Shown here in pieces: positions 9,349-18,304 of a stretch of DNA of 64,000 bases. Below the pieces are notes generated by a model, which saw only the letters and a list, made by a program, of their open reading frames with translations, searched no databases and was not told the DNA's origin. Numbering within the stretch: the stretch's first letter is position 1; every line of letters starts with the position of its first letter. Origin of the DNA: Candidatus Latescibacterota bacterium (lineage in GTDB: Bacteria; Latescibacterota; UBA2968; UBA8231). The position numbers were made by a program, and so were the translations under genes. The stretch covers positions 1,664,001 to 1,728,000 of the forward strand of contig CBDAOB010000004.1 in assembly GCA_965197905.1 (NCBI GenBank). Direction: 5' to 3'.

Positions 9349-10158
9349 TCAAAGGTGTACCGGGCTCCCGGCCAGGTAGTCGCGCACGCTAGCTACGTCC
9401 TCGCGACTGGACATGTCGAGGACCGCTTCATTGGAATAGAGAACGCGAAAATGGCCCCCCAATTCGTCGATGACATACTGCGCCGCATCGGTAATCTCGT
9501 ACTCGCCCCGTGACGAAGGTTCGATGTGACGACAAGCGGTGAAGATCTCCGCATGAAAACGCCAGCAGTTCATGCTGAGACCCACCGGGTCCGGAAGCGC
9601 CTGCAGGATGGCGGGCTCGGGTTTTTCGATCACCTGTTTCATGTTGCCGAGGGCATCGCTCTCCACTACGGCGAACTTGGTCAGGCGCTCCTCGTCAATA
9701 TTGCTGAGCCCTAGCATTGCGGTGCGTGAAAAGACGGCGAGTCCCGGCCCCGTCAACGCCCGCAGTGCGCGCAGGGCGTCGACCGGATAGTAGTTGTCCG
9801 AATTGATCACCAGAAACGGTTCGACGCCCACCATCGGTTCGGCAGCCGCGACCGCGTCGGCCGTGCCGCGAGGTTGCGCTTGAACAGCGAAGCTCACTCG
9901 CAGGCGCTGGTAGCTGATTTCTTCGCCGTAATAACGGCGCAGCTCGTCGTGCTCGGGGCCGATTACGAGGCAGATGTGGCGATAACCGGCGTCTGCGAGA
10001 TTACTCAGGACGTAATCCAGAAACGGCCGGTCGATCGGGATCAACGCCTTGACGCCGGTCGCCGCGACCCGGTCCTCGTCGCTGCTCAGCGACGCGTCGC
10101 CGGATGCGTTGCGCATGCGGCTGCCCACTCCCCGCGCCATAATTACTGCCGTATCCAA
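9349..10158 (-). CDS. Sugar-phosphate nucleotidyltransferase (RmlA-like)
   Basis: MARGVGSRMR, KALIPI, QPRGTADA, EKP, RGEYEITD. Confidence 0.88.
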   Translation of the reverse strand: MDTAVIMARGVGSRMRNASGDASLSSDEDRVAATGVKALIPIDRPFLDYVLSNLADAGYRHICLVIGPEHDELRRYYGEEISYQRLRVSFAVQAQPRGTADAVAAAEPMVGVEPFLVINSDNYYPVDALRALRALTGPGLAVFSRTAMLGLSNIDEERLTKFAVVESDALGNMKQVIEKPEPAILQALPDPVGLSMNCWRFHAEIFTACRHIEPSSRGEYEITDAAQYVIDELGGHFRVLYSNEAVLDMSSREDVASVRDYLAGSPVHL

Positions 10159-10173
10159 TGTTTACCCGATCCG

Positions 10174-11178
10174 TTAAGGTGCTCCAAACAAGAGGTTGTC
10201 GGCGGCATCCGTCAATTCGATGCCCGGGTTCCCGTCGGCCGCCAGGTGGATTGACGCGCGCGTGGCCCCGGAAGGGTCGTAGAGGTTGAGTCGCGGCTGA
10301 CCATCGCGGCTGACGCCAAACCCCGAGCGGATGCGTTGTTCGGGATCGAGTAGCCCGATGAGGGAAGTGCCGTCGGACACGACCCCGAGCACCGCCCGCA
10401 CGTGACCCTCTTGGTCGCTTAGCTCCAACAGGGCCATGCCGTCGGCGCGAGTCTTCAAGCTTGCCCTCATGGTGCCGTCCTTTCCGAGCAGCTCGAACTC
10501 GGGGATCTGCTCCTTCGATATGCCCAATCGTACGAGCGCCTCTCCTTCGGCGCTGAGAAAGCTCAGGCTGTGGGACCCGTCCGGCCGCGACCCGATACCG
10601 GCCCGGGCTTGACCGTGCTCGTCGTAGATTCCCAAACTGCCGTTGCCGTCCTCTCCGAGAGCCTGACTGCTACGGGCGCGACCGTGGTTGTCGTAGAGCT
10701 CCACAAACGGAGTGCCCTCCGGACCCACCGCCAGTCGAATGCGCTCGCGCCCCTCATCGTCGTTGGCGCGCAATCCAGGTCCGGGTTCGCGATCTGTGCA
10801 CATGGTGACGACCGCGCGCCCGGCGCGATCCATCAACTCGAGCTGTGCTCCGCCTTCGGCGCTTACCGACAGTGTTGCCCGGGTTTCTCTGGCCGCGTTG
10901 CGCAACACGAATCGGCGCGCCGCAACGGTGTCTTGACGCAGCCACCAGACCAGAAGCAGGAGCCCGGCCAGGGCCAGGGCGGCACCGCTGGCTGTAGCAG
11001 ACAAGTAGAGCTGGTTTTGGAGCCGGTCGTTGTGCTCTTGAAGCTCCCGCAGGTGATCGGTGATCTCGTCACCGGCAAGCGCGGCGGATGGAAATAACCC
11101 TGTCAAACAGGATGCGATCAGCAGCACGAAAACGAGGGTATCGCCGCGAAATACGGGACGAACAATCGCGCCAGTCAT
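10174..11178 (-). CDS. Membrane-anchored protein with about 10 tandem 23-aa beta repeats
   Basis: Signal-like segment, short coil, TM helix, then repeats of L-x-L-x-D-x2-G-x2-R-x2-L-x-V-x2-D-G. Confidence 0.8.
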   Translation of the reverse strand: MTGAIVRPVFRGDTLVFVLLIASCLTGLFPSAALAGDEITDHLRELQEHNDRLQNQLYLSATASGAALALAGLLLLVWWLRQDTVAARRFVLRNAARETRATLSVSAEGGAQLELMDRAGRAVVTMCTDREPGPGLRANDDEGRERIRLAVGPEGTPFVELYDNHGRARSSQALGEDGNGSLGIYDEHGQARAGIGSRPDGSHSLSFLSAEGEALVRLGISKEQIPEFELLGKDGTMRASLKTRADGMALLELSDQEGHVRAVLGVVSDGTSLIGLLDPEQRIRSGFGVSRDGQPRLNLYDPSGATRASIHLAADGNPGIELTDAADNLLFGAP

Positions 11179-11269
11179 GGCACAGATCTCCTTCTTTTTT
11201 ACGCAACTAAAAGGACTGCTGGCAAACTGTCGCCAAGTCCCGGAGCATTTTCAGGGGCATGACCAGGAT

Positions 11270-12055
11270 TCACGCCGAGGCTCCGGAATAATGTTTGACC
11301 CCCTGTTTCCACGTCAACCGCGATGCGACCAGCATGGTCGCGGCCAGCGCGATCGCAACCACCAGGTTTTCCAACGTGAGCCGACCGAGCAGAGCCTCCG
11401 TCGGCACGGTGACCGCGAAGGCAATCGGAATCAAGAAGGTCAGCGTAGCGCGCAGCCACCGGGGATATACCCCCACCGGCCAGCGGCCCGCTTCGTACAT
11501 GCTCTGAAAGATGACCAAGATATTTTCGATCTTCACGAACCAGAAGGTGAACGTGGCCAGGATCACCCAGAAACTGTATACGATCACCGTGCCCATAGCC
11601 AACGCGATGGCGAAGCCACCGACCTGCATGAGCTCCAGGTCGTTCTCGAGTCGTGCCATTGCGATGCTCAACACCACCACCCCGAGCCCCACATCCGCGA
11701 GCCGCCAGGTGCGCATCTCGCTCAGACACACCAACACCTGAGCGTCTTCCGGTTTGGTCAGGGTAAAGTCCAGGGTCCCACTGCGCACATCCTCCATAAA
11801 ACGCTGCATGCTGGGTTGGATCACCAACCCGATCAGCCCGCCCATGAGCAGATACACCCCCAACAGCGCCACCAGCTCCACCGGACTCCATCCTCGGAGA
11901 TCCTCCGTATGCGCGAAAATGACCGCCAACCCGGCCAGGGATGTCCCCAGGGTCATGGCAGCCTGTAGCAGTTGCACCAGGAAATTGGTGCGGTACGCCA
12001 TCTCGTTCATGAGACCGATGCGGAAGAACAGGACAGCCAGACGCAGGAGATTCAC
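11270..12055 (-). CDS. ABC-2 type permease (DUF990-like)
   Basis: Multiple TM segments, GTLDFTLTKP. GTG start overlaps the upstream stop. Confidence 0.88.
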   Translation of the reverse strand: MNLLRLAVLFFRIGLMNEMAYRTNFLVQLLQAAMTLGTSLAGLAVIFAHTEDLRGWSPVELVALLGVYLLMGGLIGLVIQPSMQRFMEDVRSGTLDFTLTKPEDAQVLVCLSEMRTWRLADVGLGVVVLSIAMARLENDLELMQVGGFAIALAMGTVIVYSFWVILATFTFWFVKIENILVIFQSMYEAGRWPVGVYPRWLRATLTFLIPIAFAVTVPTEALLGRLTLENLVVAIALAATMLVASRLTWKQGVKHYSGASA

Positions 12056-12846
12056 GATCCCACCGCCGCGTAGCGTTTGGCACCCCGTCCCCAGACCAGC
12101 GATAAAAGGCCGAACCCGAAAAGAATCCAGACAGCCTGCGCCACCAGCCCACGTTGAATCTCCGCTACACTCAGCTGACCGAGCACGAGTTCCACCGGAA
12201 ACGCCAGCATCCACGGAAACGGCGACAGCGAGGCCACCTGTTGGACCCAGGCAGGCATCAGTTCCAGCGGCGCCATGCGCCCCGCTAGGAACAGCATGGC
12301 GAAGAAGTAGACCTGATTGAGCGCGGCCACCCGCGTGGTCCAAAAGGCGGCCAGGGCCAGACTCCATTCCACAAAGAACCGGAGTACGAACGCCAGCGCC
12401 AGGGTCGGAAGAAAAGCCGCCAACCTCCACGGGACCAGATCCATGCGCGGTTCGAAAACCAGCACCAGTGCGACCGTCGCCGGCGCCAACACGACCATGG
12501 TGATGGTTTTGAAGGCGATGTTTTCGGCGACGTCCCGATGTAGGGGATGTAGCGGCTGCAGCAGCAACGGTGAAAACTCACCAGTGCGTACGCGGAACTC
12601 GAACACGAACATGTTCCAGGTAAACGTTAGGTGGTGCACTATCATCATGACCAGGAAGTAGGCCGCGAAGTCGCCGCGGGTATACCCGCCCACGGCGCCC
12701 CCTTGCGAACTTGCCACGGCGATCCACACAGCCAGGTAGATGACCGGCTGCATCACCAACCCCAAAAGCCAGATGATCATTTCGGCGCGGTACTGGAACT
12801 GCAGCGCCAGAGAGGTTTTGAAAAGGGTCCAGTAGATGCCGAGCAA
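12052..12846 (-). CDS. ABC-2 type permease
   Basis: QYRAE, GEFSPLLLQP, multiple TM segments. Confidence 0.88.
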   Translation of the reverse strand: MLGIYWTLFKTSLALQFQYRAEMIIWLLGLVMQPVIYLAVWIAVASSQGGAVGGYTRGDFAAYFLVMMIVHHLTFTWNMFVFEFRVRTGEFSPLLLQPLHPLHRDVAENIAFKTITMVVLAPATVALVLVFEPRMDLVPWRLAAFLPTLALAFVLRFFVEWSLALAAFWTTRVAALNQVYFFAMLFLAGRMAPLELMPAWVQQVASLSPFPWMLAFPVELVLGQLSVAEIQRGLVAQAVWILFGFGLLSLVWGRGAKRYAAVGS

Positions 12847-12857
12847 TCTGTTCTCCG

Positions 12858-13832
12858 TTATTGGGCGAACACCTGTGCTATGACCTCTTCTATGGGGGGG
12901 TCTTCTACGGTGAGATCCAACACCGGCAAATCGGTCAACAACCGCGCGGTGATCTGTGGCGTGTCCGACTTTGGAACCCGCAGGGTTGTGCGTCCCGCTT
13001 CCTGATGCATCACTTCGCCATAACCACCGAGATCTTTTTCTCCGTTGGCCAACTCGACAATGATCGTTTTGTGAGGGGAGAATCGCTGTACCAGATCGAC
13101 CAGATCACCGTCGAAAAGCAACGCCCCGCGATGGATAACCACGACGCGCTTGCAGAGTGCTTCCACGTCTGCCATATAGTGACTGGTCAGGAGAACGGTG
13201 GCACCGTAGCGCAGGTTATACTCGGTGACGAAGGAGCGAATACGGCGCTGCATGGTGACATCCAGGCCGAGGGTAGGTTCGTCGAGGAAGAGAATGCGGG
13301 GACGGTGCAACAGGGCGACAGCGATCTCGCATTTCATACGTTCGCCGAGAGACAGGTTGCGCACTGGTTTGTCCAAGAGGCCGTCTAGGTCCAACAGCTC
13401 GCACAGTTCCTCGAGCGCGTTGCGATATTCGTGTGGGTCGAGACGGTAGATCGCCCTGTTCCTTTCGAAGGAATCGCTTACCGGCAGGTCCCACACCAAT
13501 TGGTTCCGATTTCCCATGACCAGAGTGATCTGCCGCAGAAACATCTTTGACCGGCGGAACGGATCGTGGCCCATTACATGGCAGTGGCCGGCGGTGGGGT
13601 ACAGCAACCCCGCGAGCATTTTGAGGGTTGTCGTTTTTCCGGCTCCGTTGGGCCCGAGGAACCCCACCACTTCACCCTCGCTCACCTGGAAATCGATCTT
13701 CGTAACCGCTTCGACCTCACGGGTTTCGCGGTGCAGCAAGCTTTTGAAGGCGGCCACAACCCCCGCACCGCGAACGGGAACGGTGTAGATTTTGGTGAGA
13801 TCGCGAACCTGAATCGCGGGTTCGTGAGCCAC
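12858..13832 (-). CDS. ABC transporter ATP-binding protein
   Basis: GPNGAGKTT, LSLGERM, LDEPT. Confidence 0.95.
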   Translation of the reverse strand: MAHEPAIQVRDLTKIYTVPVRGAGVVAAFKSLLHRETREVEAVTKIDFQVSEGEVVGFLGPNGAGKTTTLKMLAGLLYPTAGHCHVMGHDPFRRSKMFLRQITLVMGNRNQLVWDLPVSDSFERNRAIYRLDPHEYRNALEELCELLDLDGLLDKPVRNLSLGERMKCEIAVALLHRPRILFLDEPTLGLDVTMQRRIRSFVTEYNLRYGATVLLTSHYMADVEALCKRVVVIHRGALLFDGDLVDLVQRFSPHKTIIVELANGEKDLGGYGEVMHQEAGRTTLRVPKSDTPQITARLLTDLPVLDLTVEDPPIEEVIAQVFAQ

Positions 13833-13921
13833 TTCAGTACTCCTGTATAGGGGCGGGATTTCCTACCTTTGCGCTGCCGGTTGGCACGTCCGAATCTAAA
13901 ACAATCCAACCACCACGCCAG

Positions 13922-16309
13922 ATGCCTCGCTGCGCTCGATACGCTTTCTTGGTTTTTGTATTAACCCTGGGTTGCTACACCCGCTTTGTGGGACTCAGTC
14001 GGGGGCACACCAACCCGCCGGTGGGAAGCGCGGAACATGCCTCTGTGGGGGGATCGTTCTACCACTTCCACCCGGACGAAGCCACCCTGATGCGCGCCGG
14101 GCGTGAGCTAAAATCGCCGTTCGACCCGCCGCTCACTGCCTATGGGCTCGTCCCGATCTACCTGGCGCGGTCGGTACTGGAAGGGATCGGGTTGTTTTCC
14201 CCTGCGCATACAGAGGTTCCCGAACGCCGGCAGTACATCGCCCTACGGTTCGTTTCGGCCCTGCTGTCGGTGGGGTGCCTGGCTCTGGTATGGGTTGTAG
14301 CGCAGCGATTCCTCGATCCTTGGAGTGCCCTGTTGGCGCTCTACTTCACCGCGGTCGCTCCCGTCGCCATTCAACAAGCCCACTTCTTCACCGTCGACGG
14401 CCTGTTCACGGTGATCGCCCTTGCCGCCTTCTACACCTTTCTGCGCGCGGTGGCGCAGGGCACATGGGTTTGGTTCGTCGCGGCCGGTCTGCTCATTGGC
14501 ATCGCCGGCGCCACGCGGCTGAACGGATTGCTCTTAGGGCCGGTGCTCGCGGGAAGCGTGGTGATGATGCGTGGTCCCGCCGCTCTGCGCCAGCCGCACC
14601 TGTGGCTCTCGGCGCTGGTGGCGACGGCGACACTGCTGGCGCTGCAACCCTATCTGGCAACCGAGCCCAGCCTCCTGTTTAGCGGTACGACCTCCGACGA
14701 TCTGCACTTTTCGCTCCAGGTCGCCCGCGGCGAGATCCTCCGCTCCTGGACCGTGGCCGACCTACACACCATCCCCTACCTGCACTACTGGACCGACCTG
14801 TGGCCGTTGTCGGTCGGGTGGCCATTGACGGTCGTCTTTGCCGCCAGCCTGGGGTACGCGGTTTGGCGTCGTCGCCCCGTGGGGTGGCTGATTCTCGGAT
14901 GGTCAGCTCTCTATTTCGCGCTGATCGGCGGGTTGCACACCAAACATGTGCGTTACCTGTTGCCGCTGTTGCCGTTTTTCGCGTTGCTGGCGGGCGACTT
15001 CTGCGGCCGGCTGGCGCAGTCGACGCGCGTTCGCCGAATTGGAATCAGCGTTGGTAGCGTCGCGGTGCTGCATGCTGGAGTCTACGGAGTGGCGTTTTCC
15101 CAGTTGTACACCGTCGAAGACAGCCGCATCCAGGCGGCCCGTTGGATGGAGGCGAGTGTGCGTCAGGGCGCGCGCGTCGGCGTGGAGCGCGGTGGATTTA
15201 CCCTGCTGCCCCTGGTGTCTCAAGATCGCTTCGTCCCCGTGGTGCTCAACTTGAGCACCCTGTTCGAAGCGCGTGGGTACATGTCGTGTGAAGCACAGTT
15301 CGAGTACCTGCGTCACGACCGTCTAGTCGATCTCGATTACATCGCCATCGTCGACGTCAACCGCTACGCCCAGTACATCGCAGCCCCGCGGCTGCTTCCG
15401 GTGGCCGCCGGATTTTACCGCCGGCTGGTTCAGGGTGTTCTCGGGTTTGAGCTGGTAGCCCGTTTCAAGAACTACCCGTCGTGGGCCCGGTTTCAGTTCC
15501 GCGACGATGGCGCCGAGGCCTCCTTCATCGGCTACGACCACCCCGCTGTCTACGTTCTGCAACGGAAGAGCGACGAGGCGATGGCAGCTGCGATGGCGCA
15601 GTGGCGGGATGAGCTGTCCAGAAATCGCGACTGCGCCGATCTGCTGTTGAAGAAGGCCGCCCAAGCTTTTAGCGAAGGCCGCTTCGAGGAGGTCGCCGGT
15701 GTCGCGGCGGAGGTGGTGGCGCAACATCCCGATCTGCCGCTGGTTCACTATATGCAGGCCGCGGCTAACCGGCGGCTGGGACTGCCCGATTCGGGGGCCA
15801 CTGACCGCTTCGTTGACGGTTTCGAGAACCGCGCGACTCACGTGTTGCCGTGGGCCAGCGCCATGAGTTTTGCGGTCTTGGGCGTACCCGAGTTGGCCAT
15901 AGAGGTCGTGCGACGATTCGGCACTGCCACCCATCACCCGCCGGCGTACCACCAGGATCTATCGCGCTCCTACCTGATCCTCGCAAACCTCATCTACCGA
16001 AGAGGGGCGTTGACGGCCGCAAAGCAGGCGTACGAGCTCGCCGACCAGCTTTACCCCAGCTCCGCCGCAAACAATCGGCTTGCGGTCATCGCTTATCGCG
16101 GCGGGCGCTACGAGCGCGCCGTCCAGTTTTGGTCCGCATCGCTTCGCATCGATGAGAAACAGGCTGGAATTCACGCCAATGTCGGTCAGGTTCTTGCCAA
16201 ACACTCAAGTTCGTTGGACCAGGCACGGCACCATCTGCAGCGCGCCACCGAACTCGACCCTGGGCTGGAATCGGAACTGGGTGGGTGGATCACGGATCTA
16301 GGTCCCTAG
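13922..16309 (+). CDS. GT-C (PMT/ArnT-like) membrane glycosyltransferase with C-terminal TPRs
   Basis: FHPDE motif, many TM helices, HFFTVD, RYLLP, C-terminal TPR-like helices. Confidence 0.8.
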   Translation: MPRCARYAFLVFVLTLGCYTRFVGLSRGHTNPPVGSAEHASVGGSFYHFHPDEATLMRAGRELKSPFDPPLTAYGLVPIYLARSVLEGIGLFSPAHTEVPERRQYIALRFVSALLSVGCLALVWVVAQRFLDPWSALLALYFTAVAPVAIQQAHFFTVDGLFTVIALAAFYTFLRAVAQGTWVWFVAAGLLIGIAGATRLNGLLLGPVLAGSVVMMRGPAALRQPHLWLSALVATATLLALQPYLATEPSLLFSGTTSDDLHFSLQVARGEILRSWTVADLHTIPYLHYWTDLWPLSVGWPLTVVFAASLGYAVWRRRPVGWLILGWSALYFALIGGLHTKHVRYLLPLLPFFALLAGDFCGRLAQSTRVRRIGISVGSVAVLHAGVYGVAFSQLYTVEDSRIQAARWMEASVRQGARVGVERGGFTLLPLVSQDRFVPVVLNLSTLFEARGYMSCEAQFEYLRHDRLVDLDYIAIVDVNRYAQYIAAPRLLPVAAGFYRRLVQGVLGFELVARFKNYPSWARFQFRDDGAEASFIGYDHPAVYVLQRKSDEAMAAAMAQWRDELSRNRDCADLLLKKAAQAFSEGRFEEVAGVAAEVVAQHPDLPLVHYMQAAANRRLGLPDSGATDRFVDGFENRATHVLPWASAMSFAVLGVPELAIEVVRRFGTATHHPPAYHQDLSRSYLILANLIYRRGALTAAKQAYELADQLYPSSAANNRLAVIAYRGGRYERAVQFWSASLRIDEKQAGIHANVGQVLAKHSSSLDQARHHLQRATELDPGLESELGGWITDLGP

Positions 16310-16418
16310 GCTCGTCCGAGGAAACGTAGTCGGCAAAGGTTGGCTTGATCATGGGGACCCAGCGAATATCTTCTCAAGATATCTGACTTTCCCCGCCACC
16401 AGGTCGAAGCTGGAACCA

Positions 16419-17642
16419 ATGCTGCTGCTTGCCGGATGCGCGTTCCTTTTTTTAGTCGCTCTGTCGCCCCCGTGTCGGGGGCAAGATCAGCTGCAACCGG
16501 AGATCTTCCTGGGAGCAACGGTCGCAATGACACTCACGGAAGGGGATGAGGGTGCCCGCGAAAGGAATTCCTTTCGCCGTGGGGACAATCCCCTCGACCA
16601 CGTGCGCTTCACTGCACTTGGCGACGTGGTGTTTAACCATCGATTCTCGCTGCTGAACCAGATCATTCTGGATCCCGGGGCACGCGCCGGCCTCAATACC
16701 TATCTGCGGACCTACGCGCGCTACACCCTGGTTGCGAATCCATCAGCACATCTGCACCTGCAAGTGGGTCGATTGCCCACGGGGTTCGGCGCTTTTGCTC
16801 CTCGGGCGTATGCCGACCGCAACTTACTCATGGGATTGCCCCTGTTCTACACCTATTTTACGTCTCTCCGTTCCAACCAGCTGCCTGCAGACAACGATGA
16901 TCTCTTGCGTCACCGCGGCAGCGGCCTCGCGGCCCGCTTCACCGGGTATCGAGATAGCACCGCGCCCAACTTCAACGGACTGCCGCTGATCTACGATGCC
17001 TGCTGGGACTTTGGCGTGCAGGCGGTGGGTTCGATCTGGCGCTTTGAGTATCTCGTTGGCGTCACCCAGGGCACCCTATCCGACCCGCGAACCAACCCCG
17101 CCGACAACAACGATGGCAAACAGCTCCTGGGTCGACTGGCCTTTGTGCCTCACGTGGGGGCCGTGGTGGGAGCATCCTTCGCACGCGGCCCCTACCTGGA
17201 TAAAAGAGTGGAAACCCAGATTGAGGACACCGGTGCCGATCTGGAGGATTTCGAGCAGATCATCTATGGCCTGGATCTGGAGTACGGGATCCGCCATTTC
17301 CGCCTGGTCGCCGAGCTTGCCTCAAACACCTGGGAAGCAGCCACCTTGCACAGCGGACCGGTCGATCTGAAAACCTTGAGTTGGTACGTGGAAGCGAGCT
17401 ACAAGCTGAGAGCCGGCTTGACCGCTGCAGCACGGTACGGACGGCTGGACTTTGGCAAGATCGTCAGTGGGATCGGGCGCCGGACAGACTGGGAGTTCGA
17501 CGTCGGCCGCAGTGAACTGGGTTTGCGCTACCGGTTCACCGGCGGCGTGATTGGCAAAGCGGTTTGGCAACGGCATGTCGTCGATCAACCCGGGGTACCG
17601 AACCTGGATCTGGCGGCGTTACAGCTGGTGGCGTCGTTCTAA
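16419..17642 (+). CDS. Putative outer-membrane beta-barrel/porin-like protein
   Basis: Signal peptide, alternating amphipathic strands, DNNDGKQLLGR (OprO/P-like motif), terminal Phe. Confidence 0.7.
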   Translation: MLLLAGCAFLFLVALSPPCRGQDQLQPEIFLGATVAMTLTEGDEGARERNSFRRGDNPLDHVRFTALGDVVFNHRFSLLNQIILDPGARAGLNTYLRTYARYTLVANPSAHLHLQVGRLPTGFGAFAPRAYADRNLLMGLPLFYTYFTSLRSNQLPADNDDLLRHRGSGLAARFTGYRDSTAPNFNGLPLIYDACWDFGVQAVGSIWRFEYLVGVTQGTLSDPRTNPADNNDGKQLLGRLAFVPHVGAVVGASFARGPYLDKRVETQIEDTGADLEDFEQIIYGLDLEYGIRHFRLVAELASNTWEAATLHSGPVDLKTLSWYVEASYKLRAGLTAAARYGRLDFGKIVSGIGRRTDWEFDVGRSELGLRYRFTGGVIGKAVWQRHVVDQPGVPNLDLAALQLVASF

Positions 17643-17649
17643 AAGAATC

Positions 17650-18297
17650 ATGCGAACGCTACGTCTGGCGGCTCTGGTGCTCGGATTGGGCACGCCCGAC
17701 CTCGAAGCGGGGACCCTTAGCGGGCAGGTTCTCATCAGGGAAGATCAGCGCGCACAACGCCCGGCGCGGTATTACCTGGGACCGTACCGCGGTACGACCG
17801 GGGATCGGCGTCAAGGGGAGGGCGTTTCCAAGGTTGTGGTTTATGTGGATGGCGCCTTCCCCGACAGCACGTTTGCCGCTGCCACAGCGGTCGTACGGCA
17901 ACGTCAACAACAGTTCCTGCCCCATGTGTTGCCGGTTCTCAAAGGCACTTCAGTCGGGTTTCCCAATCTCGACAACTACTACCACAACGTCTTCTCCGTG
18001 TTTGCGGGCGAGCGCTTCGACCTCGGCAGGTACGGTGCGGGTGAGAGCGGTGAACAGACCTTCAACCAGCCCGGCGTCGTGGTTCTCCGCTGCGAGATCC
18101 ACCCGGGCATGAAATCCTACGTGCTCGTTCTGGAGAACCCGTTCTTTGCCGTCCCCGACTCTAGTGGACGTTTCCGCATCGAAGGAATCCCCCAGGGCGT
18201 CTACGACCTGAAAGCGTGGCACCCCAACCGCGGAGAGCGCGTGCGGCGGACGGTGGTTCCCGAGTCAGGGGCAGTCGAAGTGCGGTTCTCGTTCTGA
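17650..18297 (+). CDS. Secreted cupredoxin-like protein with carboxypeptidase-regulatory-like domain
   Basis: Signal peptide; FPN.D..YHNVFS and CEIHPGM supply His/Cys/His/Met; G.Y.LKAWHP. Confidence 0.8.
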   Translation: MRTLRLAALVLGLGTPDLEAGTLSGQVLIREDQRAQRPARYYLGPYRGTTGDRRQGEGVSKVVVYVDGAFPDSTFAAATAVVRQRQQQFLPHVLPVLKGTSVGFPNLDNYYHNVFSVFAGERFDLGRYGAGESGEQTFNQPGVVVLRCEIHPGMKSYVLVLENPFFAVPDSSGRFRIEGIPQGVYDLKAWHPNRGERVRRTVVPESGAVEVRFSF

Positions 18298-18304
18298 GGC
18301 CCGG

